From: Eledone cirrhosa
Taxonomy: Eukaryota
DNA length: 64,000 nucleotides
NCBI GenBank assembly: GCA_964016885.1
Contig: OZ024743.1
Coordinates: forward strand, 227,602,001 to 227,666,000
Direction: 5' to 3'
Made by a program: the position numbers and the translations under genes. Below, in pieces: positions 43,335 to 56,600 of this stretch (position 1 is its first letter; each line of letters starts with the position of its first letter). The notes below the pieces were generated by a model. That model made no database searches. It was not told the origin of the DNA and saw only the letters and a list, made by a program, of their open reading frames with translations.

Positions 43335-43880
43335 TGTATATCTGTGTGTGTGTGTGTGTGTATAAAGGGATGTCAGAGGAGAGATGGTATAGATGGTGAA
43401 AGGATGAAGTTGATGTCAGGAGTTGATTGAAATGTAATCAGTCTGCCAGTTCGGTCGTCCGTCAAACATGCTCATCACTGACATCACCGTCGCCATCTGA
43501 ATCAAGCGTTGCCAACGTTACTTATGTTAAAGTCTATGTGCTGAACCAAACCACCACCACAATCATCACCACCGCAATCACCCCCACCATTATCCCCAGC
43601 CCCGTCCACAGCGCCTCTCTGCCCAGTCGGCTGACTCTCCAATTTCTTCGACACCATGAATAATTTAACAAGAAAGTTAGTTAGTTAAGACTCCACATCT
43701 GGATCTTGTTTAGTGATGGAAAGATGTCAATCTAGGAAGGAAATAAGAATGTCTAAAGAAGAAAAATGAGGAGAATGAAGAATAATCAGACAGAAAGAGA
43801 GACAAAGAAAGCAAGAATTAGAAGGAAACGAAGAAATGAGAAAGATACAAAATTTAAACCCATTTTATCCATGTGTTTAT

Positions 43881-43939
<59 letters not shown>

Positions 43940-44639
43940 ATCATACAGAAAGGTTTTCGGATTAGGTTAGGTGGAGGTCGGTCTGGTGGTCACTCGATCG
44001 TTCGGTTGGCAGAGTGGTGGATAGGCGTTCTTGCTGTCATTCGGTCAGCTTAAATCGGTTTTTGTAATTTGTGGATTGTTATGCAATGTCTGTACTCAGA
44101 GCTAACTAAATATGTTGGGATGTTCATACCAAGATAGTAGGATCTAATTTCACAGCGGATCTAAATATATGCTTATTAATTGAAAAATGTGCTTCCCAAC
44201 GCAGATGACCATTAAAATAAGAGCCGATCACTAGAAAGAACAGCTGAGAAAATGGAGTAAATCACCCTTGGAGACGGAAAGAAGATGGGAGATTTACTCG
44301 ATTTTTTCAACTATTTTTTATGATCCACTATTATTATTATGATCACACATTCATATGCGCACGTTTCAAATTTCTACTTTCCTCAATGCTTACATCAACC
44401 GCTGTTTAGGCATATTTAGTATATCAAGGAAATAAGAGAAAAAGTATCAAATAAATATATACATACATACATTAGTTCTGAACCTAATGGAATCAAATTT
44501 TCATTGTCACTGCCTCTATCTCTCTCACTCTGCCCATCTCTCACTATTATAAGCAAATGGTGGCCCTGCGACCACGGCGGACAAAATATATATGATTTCA
44601 AATACTTAATTGTTCAAAACACATGGTATATTAGCACTG

Positions 44640-44845
44640 AAATAATGGTTTTTATTTTGCCACAAGGCTATCAAGTTATAGTGGGGAAAAATTCGATTAT
44701 ATTGACTGGTATGTTAATTTATCCACCGTAGAATGATGAAAGGCAGGCTTGATTTCGTTGGTATTTGATATCAAAACAAAAAGAGCCTGAAAAAATAATG
44801 TAAATCATTTTGCTTGATCATCTAATAAATCTGCTAATCCACCAT
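44640..44845 (-). mobile_element. Highly diverged tRNA-derived SINE
   Basis: Remnants CACAAGGC..ACTGGTA..TTTATC..ATGAAAGGCA in the order of the minus-strand SINE. Confidence 0.5.
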
Positions 44846-45324
44846 TGGTACTTTAATAATGTTGTACTGTGGTCATTGTATCTTTATCCAAATATTTTGT
44901 GCCATTCATTATCTTATTTTCATTTGAATACATAGCTTCTCAATACTATCTTTTGGCCAATGGTAAGAGAGAGAGCTTCGAAGAAGTTGTAAATATGGTG
45001 GAACTGCTCAATATCACGTAACAAACCATAATTATTCATAATCCACGCTGTATTGCTACTATAGTAAAGAATATGTTGTTAGCCGAATTACCAATCAGTG
45101 ATTATTCTGTATTTGTTTTCTGATTTAGTTGTTTTTTTAACCTATTATCACCTGCAGCAACTAAGGTGATACTCAGGACAACGTGAGAAAATATCAAGAG
45201 AGGAAAAAAAACCGGTTGTAACAGCTCAAACGCCATTCGTATAGGTATGTGTGATCAGTGCCGATCTTGGACTAAACTACAACTCATGCTTAATTTCAAC
45301 TCGGAATAAGTAAAGCAAATAATG

Positions 45325-45535
45325 ATTTCTAGAATAGGCACAAGGCTAGTAATTTGGAGTGAGAGGAAAGTCGATCAAATCGACCCCAGTATGTTACTGG
45401 TGCTTTATTTTATTGTGCTTTAGTTAAGGATAAAAGGCAAAGTTAACCTCGGCGGGATTTGAACTCAGACCGTAAAGGGCCGTAACTCTATGCTTCAAAG
45501 CATGGTGTCCGACTCTCCTCTGATATTGCCAATAA
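45325..45535 (-). mobile_element. tRNA-derived SINE
   Basis: AAAGGCAAAGTTAACCTCGGCGGGATTTGAACTCAGA..TGCCAAT matches the other copies. Confidence 0.85.
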
Positions 45536-46061
45536 GTAAACACCGCCCTAAGTAAAGCAAATAATTATATTCTTTAAACATTATCTTTTGTTTGTAGGTT
45601 TTGCAGCTTTTATTATAGTTTTAAGACTCTTATTTTAGATATTAGCCTTGTTTATTTTTTTAATTATCGTTACGATAGTTGTTAATTTTTGTAAGATTTT
45701 TTTATGTTTTTCTTGTTGTCGTTATCCTTTTCTTGTGGTGATTATTTCTATGTCTCATCATCTGGTTAATGTTGATATGTTTAATACTGTACATTTTCTC
45801 ATCGTTCTTAATTTTCTTGTTGTAGTTGCTGCTGCGTTTTTCTTTTTTCTTTTTTCTTTTGTCGTTCATACTGTTGTTGTTGATGTATTTATGGCAATGA
45901 AATTACCAAACAGCTGATGATTGATATAATTTTACTTAATTTAACTGCTTCAGTTGTCTTATAAGCCTCTTTTAATTATTTACGATATTTTTTCAATTGT
46001 TTATTTATTTATATACATCATTTGATATTTAATTGCGAAGAAGATGAGTGAAATAAATACA

Positions 46062-46196
<135 letters not shown>

Positions 46197-46541
46197 ATAG
46201 ACCTAATACAAAACCACATGGTTCCATTAATGCTGCTCTACTCTTCCGCCTGTGTTAAATTTCAGATCCCGTTTGCAAAACTGGGTAGAGAACTAACATT
46301 TACCAAGATGGAAAACAATTAAATCACATGAGCCAATGAGAGAGATTCCACGCTGTGACTCTACCTGCTAAAAATAGCCGACATATTGTTCTCAAATAAT
46401 AGGCTGCTGTATTATTTAAAACGTGGCACATGTTAGGCTGGTACATAAAAAAATTGGGGGCTCGCTATAGCTGGAACGCCTTTAAGACAATAAGCAGTAA
46501 GAACGACAACACCAATAACATTTACGATTTGAAAAAGCTGT

Positions 46542-46636
46542 CATACCGAGAACAATTGTTTCACCTTAGCGGATCATCAGCTCGTAATCTTTACGAGCTG
46601 AGGATCCGCTAAGGTGAAACAATTGTTCACGGCATG
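46542..46636. repeat. Inverted repeat made of two head-to-head minimal hammerhead motifs
   Basis: 46542-46587 pairs with 46591-46636 around a TCT spacer. Confidence 0.85.
46547..46584 (-). ncRNA. Putative minimal type I hammerhead ribozyme
   Basis: CGAG-CUGAUGA-UCC-GCUAA-GGU-GAAAC-AAUU-GU-U-CUCG: helix I CGAG/CUCG, palindromic helix III ACAAUUGU, weak helix II. Confidence 0.6.
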
Positions 46637-46724
46637 GTGAACTAACTGTTGTGTAACCACTTCTACCTAACTCGTTCATGGATTGAGTGCTGTACCACTA
46701 CGGATATTACCTTCCAGTGTTCTA

Positions 46725-46757
<33 letters not shown>

Positions 46758-46761
<4 letters not shown>

Positions 46762-46930
46762 GTTTCTACTTTTGGCACAAGGCCAGCAATTACCCGGTAC
46801 ATTGCTGGTACTTTATTTTATCGAACCCTTAAGGATAAAAGGCAACGTTAACCTCGGCGACATTTGAACTCAGATCATAAAGCAACGTAACTCTATTCTT
46901 CAAAGCATGACGTACGACTCTCTACCGATA
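46758..46930 (-). mobile_element. tRNA-derived SINE, head interrupted by an (AT)n tract (46930-47357)
   Basis: Matches the SINE consensus on the minus strand. Confidence 0.85.
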
Positions 46931-46961
46931 TATATATATGTATATACCGATATATATATAG

Positions 46962-47138
<177 letters not shown>

Positions 47139-47202
47139 TAGATAGATATATGTATATATATATATATACATATATATATATACATATATATATACATATA
47201 CA

Positions 47203-47252
<50 letters not shown>

Positions 47253-47253
47253 C

Positions 47254-48029
<776 letters not shown>

Positions 48030-48033
<4 letters not shown>

Positions 48034-48143
48034 CTTTCATCATTATGGGGTCGATGAAATAAAGTACCAGTCACGCACTGGGTTCGATTCAATCGACTTT
48101 CTCCACCCCCAAATTTGGTGGCTTTGTGCTTATATAACAAACC

Positions 48144-48239
<96 letters not shown>

Positions 48240-48357
48240 GGTTTGTTATATATATATGGCACAAGGCCAGCAATTACTCAGTACATTGTTGGTACTTTAT
48301 TTTATCGACCCCGTAAGGATAAAAGGCAAAGATAACCTCGGCGACATTTGAACTCAG

Positions 48358-48411
<54 letters not shown>

Positions 48412-48625
48412 GGTTTGTTATATAAGCACAAAGCCACCAAATTTGGGGGCGGAGAAAGTCGATTGAATCGAACCCAGTGCGTGACTGGTACTTTATTTCA
48501 TCGACCCCATAATGATGAAAGGCAAAGTTAACCTCGGCGGGATTTGAACTCAGACCGTAAAGGACGTAACTCTATGCTGCAAAGCATGCCGTCCGAATCT
48601 CTACCGATACTGCCAATCCACCGTC
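48030..48625. mobile_element. SINE cluster with an inverted duplication (+ 48030-48150; - 48258-48360; - 48405-48625) separated by (AT)n
   Basis: 48031-48148 is the reverse complement of about 48407-48524. Confidence 0.8.
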
Positions 48626-49069
48626 CTTTGCTAAAATATGAAAGACAGTTTCATTTGTCCATCCCTATTTATGTTATTCCACGTATTTCGAAGTCGTATG
48701 GCATTTGTATAACATCTGCCCTATGTGTTCTCTTCAGACAAAAATCCACACGAGATGTAAATTTCCGTTGCTCTGGTGCCAGTCACACCAGTTATTCCCT
48801 TCGGCGACTGGAAAGGCAAAGTGAATAACTCGTGTGACCAGCAACATATCAGCCGGATATTTACATCTTTTTTTGTCTGAAGAGAACACGTAGGGCAGAT
48901 GTTATACAAATGCCATACGTCTTCGAAATATGTGTAATAACATAAATAGGGACGGACAAATGAAACCGTCTTTCATATTTTTGCAAAGGGCGGTGGATTG
49001 GCAGTATCGGTAGAGGTTCGGACGGGATGCTTTTGCAGAATAGAGTTACGTCCCTTTACGGTCTGAGTT
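48547..49069. repeat. Inverted repeat (about 220-bp arms) containing a SINE head and a hammerhead-like motif
   Basis: 48547-48770 vs 48850-49069. CTGAAGA-GAACACGTA..TACGTCTTC-GAAA at about 48876-48928. Confidence 0.8.
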
Positions 49070-49449
49070 AAACATAAACTTTTGAGTGCTTGACATCTGT
49101 TATAAAAAAGACGGCAGATTTTCAATCAACCAATTTTCTTTAATTGAAAAAAAAATTATATATATATATATATATATAATAAAGAGTCGGGACCCCGATA
49201 GCTGACCTATTGCTATTGCAACAGCTAGATTCCGACTCTGAGTCTAGAACTAGTTGTTGGAATGGCAAGATCTCAGCCATTGGGGTCTCGACTTTTTATA
49301 ATATAAGCACCACCTCAAGTATCGAGTACTCTGTTGAGTAATGATCTAACAAGTTCAAACTAAATGCATCCTGGTATATATATATATATATATATCGTTT
49401 CTGAATTTGTTTAGCAAGATTCTTTATCTGAAAACGTGTGTTGAAACCG

Positions 49450-50248
49450 ATATTGTTATACTTTGGGAGGGTCATGTTGCCAATAAGAAACACACGCACC
49501 AGTAGCTTTCACTTCAATTTATTATAATAAATTTATAAATTTAGGAATTTATAAATTTCCGGTTGGTTGGTTCCACAACCAGATGGTTGTTTATATATTG
49601 TCAAAGTTCTTTCGTCACACATTATGTGACCTCTTCAGTGACTGGGGATTCTTTTCTTTGTTTTTGTGCCTCTCCTTTATTCTGTCCTATGCCATCTTGT
49701 TTCTGTGTGTGTGTTGTGTGCTCAGTCTGCGCATGCGCCAAATCCGGGTGTCTGTGTGTGTTTATATTCGTTTATTTATTTGTTTATTTACATGTTACTG
49801 GTTGGTTGTTTGTTCTATGTGCGTGTGTGTTTTCATTTTGTCCTTAATTGTAAGTTGTAATGTTGCTGCTCCACTCATGATTTCTATTTAATTTTGGTTG
49901 TAATTCTTTTATGTTTATTGCCTCTGTGATTTGTCTAAACATTGCGTCTTTGATTTGTCTAAACATTGCGTCTGTGATTTATCTAAACGCAATGTTTAGA
50001 CAAATCACAGAGGCAATAAACATAAAATAATTACAACCAAAATTAATCCCCAGTCACTGAAGAGGTCACAGAATGTGTGACGAAAGAACTTTGACAATAT
50101 ATAAACAACCATCTGGTTGTGGAACCAACCAGCCAACCGGAAATTTATAAATACCTAAATTTATAAATTTATTATAATAAATTGAAGTGAAAGCGACTGG
50201 TGCGTGTGTTGCTTATTGGCAACATGACCCTCCCAAAGTATAACAATA
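49450..50248. repeat. Nested inverted repeats (49450-49650 / 50045-50248; about 49887-49950 / 49987-50046) with hammerhead motifs; Penelope-like terminus
   Basis: Arms are reverse complements with scattered mismatches. Confidence 0.85.
50053..50095 (+). ncRNA. Putative minimal type I hammerhead ribozyme (inverted twin at 49600-49642)
   Basis: GUCA-CUGAAGA-G-GUCACA-GAAUG-UGUGAC-GAAAG-AA-CU-U-UGAC: helix I GUCA/UGAC and a 6-bp helix II. Confidence 0.65.
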
Positions 50249-52044
50249 TATATATATATATATCCTTTTATATAAATATCCTTTTAATATATACATCCTG
50301 GTATATATATATATATATATATCCTTTTAATCTGGTGTTTAAACCTAAATTAATATTTACAGCTAACCTAGACACATTTGAATACACAAAATAGATTGTC
50401 ATACACTGGGTTGTGTATTGTATAATTTATCTAGGGTTCTAAGATAAGCAGAATCGAATGGAATTAGGCATTCTACGCAGATATGTAGCATATTTGATAA
50501 GGTGAAATACAAAGAAACAGGCGATGGTCGGACTTGTATTCTTATTACCGACATAGAAACAATTATTTTATGTTGATCTCAAAGATGTTAACGTTCACGA
50601 TTCCCAATTCAGCTCGATGTAAACTGTTAATCTTCGACTAAAATCAACTCTGATCAAACAAACAGGTAATCTAACAGTGACTATATTGACGTCATTCAAA
50701 CAGTGTATACATAGTTACGTAATGCACCCTGTAAGGTGCAATTTGAGGTAGGTCCTTTATTCTATGGCATGCCAAATGACCTTAAAGAGGTTTTCTTGAT
50801 AATTTGCTAGTATGCAGTCTAACATTTTTTCATTTATCATAAATATGCGATTATTAAAGGCATTCCATCCGTAACAATCTGTTCATGATGTTTCGTACGA
50901 TTAAAAGATGCAATATGTCTAAAAACATAAGTCATGACGTCCAAGTCTCGAACGTCTTACGACAAACAACAATAATGAAAATTCTCCCGCTAACAGATGA
51001 ATGCATTTCCATGCACGGTAATTTTAAAATGTTTTATTGTATTCTATTTTTTTTTTCACAGATTTATTTTACATTCCTGATTTGTTTTAACACTAATTTC
51101 ATCATCATTATCCTCCTCCTTCTCCTTTTCCTCCTCGTCATCGTCATCATCATCATCAATATCATACCCATTATTACTATTATTGTTATTCTTCTTGTTA
51201 TTATTACTTGAAACATCCTTTGAATTCTGCTTCTTTCCCAAATCATGCCGAGTGGCAAGCTGACCCCCGAAATAAAATTTGATAATACGCACATGTTAAA
51301 ATCAATTGTCAGACAAATGGTGCTACAAGGGCACAAATGAGAGTTAAAGCCTTTGCGGGGTTTTTAAATTGATAATGCCCTTCTCAGGACATGGACGGTG
51401 CCAAACAACACTATTTCCTTTATAATTCCATGTGCGCCCACTATCACTGATCTTGTATAGATATACCTTAAAATACCACATTTCCTCTATTTCATTTCAT
51501 CTTTATTGTTTACTGAGCTTTCCGAACTCTTTCGAGATGTTACTATCTGATGGAATGCTCATGTCAATTAACTAACACGTTTTCGTTTTATCTTCCTTCA
51601 CAATTATATCAGATCTATTGGCCTTCATTTTTTTGTCAGTGTTCACAGGGAAATCACATAGGATTGTCACGTCTCGCCTCCTGTTATTTTATCTAGGTGA
51701 TACTTGTAATATTTTCCCCACGTGTTCAGACCATAAAACCTGCACGTTACGCAGTGTCAACATTGCCCTACTCTATCACGCCGCGTTTTATATTCCTGGA
51801 GAGCTAATATTATGCAGCCTGAAATTAGGTGGTCAATGGCTTCAAAATGCTCATCACAGAATTGACACATTGGCTCAATTCCATTTCTGTTCACATTGGC
51901 TTAAAAGTTTCGCGTTAAAAGACACTGGTCTTGTACTGCCACAATGAAGCTCCCACTCTCTGCCTTTAGCCCAGAACTCCGCAGCCACTGTTGGGTGAGA
52001 GTTTGATCTAGATCAGGTTCTTAGTGCACAGTCTTGTTTCGCCA

Positions 52045-52640
52045 TCATTGTGATGTTCTTTGTGGCTTTAATAGCATAATTGCCATCATTTTCAAAATGT
52101 ATTCCCAGTTCTTACACACATTTCCTACTTTCTTTGTGACTGAATGTAATCTCTTCTTTCTTTCGTGATCTGCAACCATTTTCTTCATCAATTCATCTGT
52201 GGTTTTAAGGTACTGATCGAGTCCAATGGTTGATATTCTACATGACATTCCTCTACCTCCGTTTTGTCTAGGAATATAGAGGCAATCGACATCTGCTTTT
52301 GGGTGATGTATTTTATTACAGGTCAAACGTTTTCTGGGTTTGGTGTCCATTCTGCTAATTTCATTAATGTTCCAGTTTATGATAGTGAAACTATAGGTGA
52401 CAACTGGCATTGCAAGCGCATTAATGGCAGATAGTTTATTCCTCGAGTTAAACTCAGTTTTCAAGACAGTGTGAACTCTCCTGTAGCATTTCTTCATGAT
52501 TCTCTCTTACATGATGGACCTTGGTCATCATTGATCTCTATTGATCTATAGGCTGGTTCCTTTTTATACTTCCCTAATTACTATATTCACGTGTATTTCC
52601 GTTTAGTTTGTGCTTGTCATTCTGCCTTTCTTGAATGTTT
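52045..52640 (-). mobile_element. R4/Dong-like LINE fragment (post-RT thumb region)
   Basis: YRRVHTVLKTEFNSRNKLSAINALAMPVVTYSF..HHPKADVDCLYIPRQNGGRGM. Confidence 0.75.
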
Positions 52641-52654
52641 ATTATTATTGTTAT

Positions 52655-52870
52655 GGGCGGTGTATTGGCAGTATTGGTAGAGTGTCGGACACCCTGCTTT
52701 GTGGCAGAGAGTTATGGCCCATTATCTTCTGAGTTCAAGCCCCACCGAGGTTAGCTTTGCTTTCAACCTTAAGGGGTCGATAAAACAAAGCACCAGTAAC
52801 GTACAAGGGCCGAATTAATCGAGTTCCCTTTCTTGCCAAATTGCTGGCCCTGTACCTTTAGTAGAAATCA
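52655..52870 (+). mobile_element. tRNA-derived SINE
   Basis: Similar to the 15988 copy. Confidence 0.85.
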
Positions 52871-53423
52871 GCCGAGTCCATAGTGATGATCGACCCGCCG
52901 CCTTCCTTAGGTCAGGAAGAGCAGGCAATTTTCCTCTGTCTGGTGGCCGTTGCGAAAGAGGTTATATGATGGACCAGATTAAAAAGGACTGAAGACAGAT
53001 ACTTTTCTTTTCGGCCAATCCCTCATCAACTTCTTCAGGTTTTACCTGGAAAGGAAGGTGGGGATGGAGTGAGAAGTGCTTCCCCCCAGTACATTTGCTA
53101 AAGGGTGGATGAATGTGGGGAGAATGGCCCGTGTGAATCTGACCATGCACCTATAGGCTAGCTAACTTGAGGAGAGGGGTGCTCTCCCTGGGTGCCCTAG
53201 AAGCGCAAGGTGGGTCAGGATTGGTGGGGTACCTGAGTCACCCCTGGGTCGTCCACCCCCTATAGGGGAATTTATTTTGTTATATTTATGCATAGTTTTT
53301 TTTATATTTTTATATCTTGATTGTTAAATTAGTCTTGCCATTGTGCACTTTTACTCCACCTTATTGTAAACCCCCACTGTCCCTGTCTTCGTATTGTCCC
53401 CTACATGTCGGCCCTTGTGGCTA
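52871..53423 (+). mobile_element. Old Tx1 3' fragment (copy 12)
   Basis: Decayed ORF2 C-terminus (AGAATGGCCCGTGTGAAT), CCCCCTATAGGGGA hairpin, GCCCTTGTGGCTA end interrupted by a SINE. Confidence 0.75.
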
Positions 53424-53626
53424 TTGGCAGTATCGGTAGAGGGTGGGACGTCATGCTTTCTAGCATAGTTACGTCCTATTACGGTCTGAGTTCAAATCAC
53501 GTCGAGGTTAACTTTGCCTTTCATCCTTACGGGGTCGATAAAATAAAGTACCAGTAATGTATTGAGTAATTGCTGGCCTTGTGTCAAAAGTAGAAACAAT
53601 TATTATTATTATTATTATTATTATTG
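53424..53626 (+). mobile_element. tRNA-derived SINE whose (TTA)n tail forms the 5' flank of Tx1 copy 13
   Basis: SINE consensus; (TTA)n at 53600-53625. Confidence 0.9.
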
Positions 53627-56600
53627 AATGCTATTGTTGAGGGAGGCTCGGCTCTGTAAGCTATTGTAAATTTTGACCGCTATAACAATTGTAAATTGTT
53701 TAAAACTTTAACCAAATTGTAGACAAAAACACCCTCCTCCTCGTGAGAGGGGTCTTTCTGTCCGTTATTTGGCCCTTCGGGGTTAAATAACGGCTTATTG
53801 TGGTTTTGTGCCCAATATTTATTTTAAACAAAAAAAAAAACATGGCTACGAAAAAGAATTTTCATAGGTCACTCCCACTCATTCCGTCTACTTCTTCCTC
53901 AATCGTCACTACAGCAGAGAGAAGATTGTCTCTCTCCCTCCCTTCTCTAAATGTGTCTCTCTCCCTCCCTTCTCTTTCGCAAGCGACGCCAGTAAAGAAA
54001 AATCACGTGCAAAATGGGCAACATTTCTCCACGACGACGACGACAACGACGAAAAAGGTGTGCTGGAAATACGAAAACCCATTTCATTCGTCTGACGTCA
54101 TGAATAATAGTAGTAGCAGCCGTAATAACAGAAGCAGCAGCAACAGGGACAAGGAAAACAACAGTAGCAGCCGCAACATCATCAGCAGCAGCATAAACAA
54201 CAACAGCATTAGCAGCAACAGCAACAACAACAACAACCACAGCAATAGCGGCGGCGGCAGTAGTCGTAGTACCTGCAGCAACAACAAAAGTAACAGCAGC
54301 TCTGACGACAACAACAACAACAACAACAGCAGCAAAGAAAAACCAATCTCGTTTGCAGGTATCGCAAAGAACCTGGAAACCATCCTCATAACAAATGAGG
54401 AATTACAGGAAGCGAAGAACATGGTGACGAAAACCGGACACAGAGCAATCTGCAAGGCAACCGAAAAATTTTTCGAAACCCAACAGCACTGTACAGTCAC
54501 GTACCGTACAGTAAGCACAAAATCCCGTAGGGTTGAAAGAGCCACAGAGGCCCAAATACAAAAGTCCTTAGGGTCTGTGTGGCAGCGGAAAACGCATATC
54601 ACCCGAGGCAAGAAATATGCCACCGTAGATGTGCTTTTTGCCACACCCCAGGAGGCAAAGACTCAATCCTTAGTGACCCTAAGGAGCGAGGATATTGTGT
54701 TGGTGCCCTCCTACTGTGGGCAAAAAATTGTGAGGGTCAAACTGCCCCCCGCCCCCCGGTATGGCCCCTTCTTGGCTGGCCGCGTCTGTCCTCGTCGGAA
54801 TCGAGGACAAAACAACTGTACTGCAAGTACAGAAAAAAGTAAGAGAACATTAGGTCGGCACCTCCATTGAGATGTTAATCCAAACCAACAAGGAGTGCAT
54901 CGAAGCTATCCCGGATGTGATAGACTTCGATAACGGCACTCAACTGCCCATAAGTGGTGAGGGCAAACGCCCGAAATGATTTCGCTGTGGATCGAAGACT
55001 CACCTCAGGGTCTTCTGCAACGAAAAGACCCTGAGAAAGGAGAAAAACCCCCCTCCTTCCGAAACCGGCTCCACGGCTACCAGTAACAGGACAAGTGGCA
55101 ACCAGGAACGATAGGTCCGTGGCACCCATACCCACGCCACGGAAATCAAGAACAGCAGAAGCAGTGGAAGTATTAACAACAACAACAGTAATACCAAATG
55201 CAGCTGCAACAGAGACTTCACTGCAAACATCACCAACAACAACAAGTGAAAGAGTGGAGCTGGTACCCCTCCCCGACCTCACAGAATCAGACATGGAGTG
55301 TGAGGTGGGAGAGGGATGGCAAAAGGTCGTAAGAAGGTACAAACGCAGAAGCAGCGCATCGTCGCCTTCGAAAAGGGAGGAAAGAAATGAGAAAAGGGTA
55401 AAGGCTACTGCAAAGAGACTCACAGCAGCAACACCACCAACATCATCACCACCCACACTAGCACCACCAGCACCACCGGCGACAACCCCACCGCCAACAA
55501 CAACACCTTCAACACCACCACCACAAGCACCAACATCGCAAACACAACAACAAAACACACACACCCAGCAACAACGACAAGAAAATAGCAGAACCACACC
55601 CCACCCCCAGAAAAACAAATGCACGGCAATAAATACACACAACAAGAAACTAATGACTTACATAATTGAACACACAGACATTTCACAGCACGACTACATA
55701 ATACCAGCACCAATCAAAACGCCAACGAAAATAAGAATTGTAAAAATTGCACAGAAACAATACACAAACATTAAAACGAAATTCCCCAACGCAGTTGGTG
55801 ATTTCAGAGACCTAGGAGAGACTCTCAACGGGAGAGTATATTCGGACATACTCATAGAAGAGCCGACGACCAGCCGAAGGGACGATTCAACGGTCCCTTC
55901 ACCAGACGATCAAGTGAAAAGGGATGGAGAAACCATCCTTCCTCTACGAAAAGTACGGTAAGTGGTCTTTCCCATCTTTTCCACTCCATTTTAAACATGA
56001 CCTCACTCAGAATAGGCAGCATAAATGCACGTGGCTTGGGGTCCTCTGGAGGCAGGATCACCTGCTCAACGACCTCAGGTCACTAAACATAGATGTAGTG
56101 GCCATCAACGAGACCAGAATCTCCGAAACACGGGCCTTCGCACCGATCTTCGGCGGCTACGATGGGTACGCATCTCCCAGCCGTCCTGGATCGGGGGGGG
56201 GAGGAGTTGCTGTGCTTTTTCGGAGAGGTTTGGATCTCGCCATACGAGCCATCTTCCTGGACTCAGAGGATAAGTTGGTGGTGCTGGATGTGACCAGCGT
56301 AGACGGGCAAGATTTCAGGCTAGTGGCCGTCTATGCCCCGACAGGAGCAGGGCGGCCCGATTTCTTCCGGCGTCTGGAGACCTTTCTTGGAACGTCCCGC
56401 TCTTTAGTGTTAGTAGGCGACTGGAACGGGATCTTAGATGCACGCTGGGACTGTGTGGGATTAGCGGATAGGGGTGGAGGGTGCAAGAGCCTCACCACCG
56501 TCGTTTTGAACTGTCTGACAGGTACCGATTGGATTTCCCGAATGTGCCAATGTGGACTTGGATAAATCGCATAGGGTCATCCAGATCATATCTAGATAGT

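Noticed and set aside
43455-43520. EF-hand-like peptide TLDSDGDGDVSDEHV on the minus strand
   Set aside because: Closed by stops on both sides with no supporting splice sites; probably chance.
55958-56010. Short ~53-nt intron from the ORF1-stop donor to CTCACTCAG|A, giving an in-frame ORF1-ORF2 fusion
   Set aside because: In frame only in the TTA subfamily; the first AGs in the three minus-strand copies are out of frame. Kept only as an alternative to test in RNA-seq.
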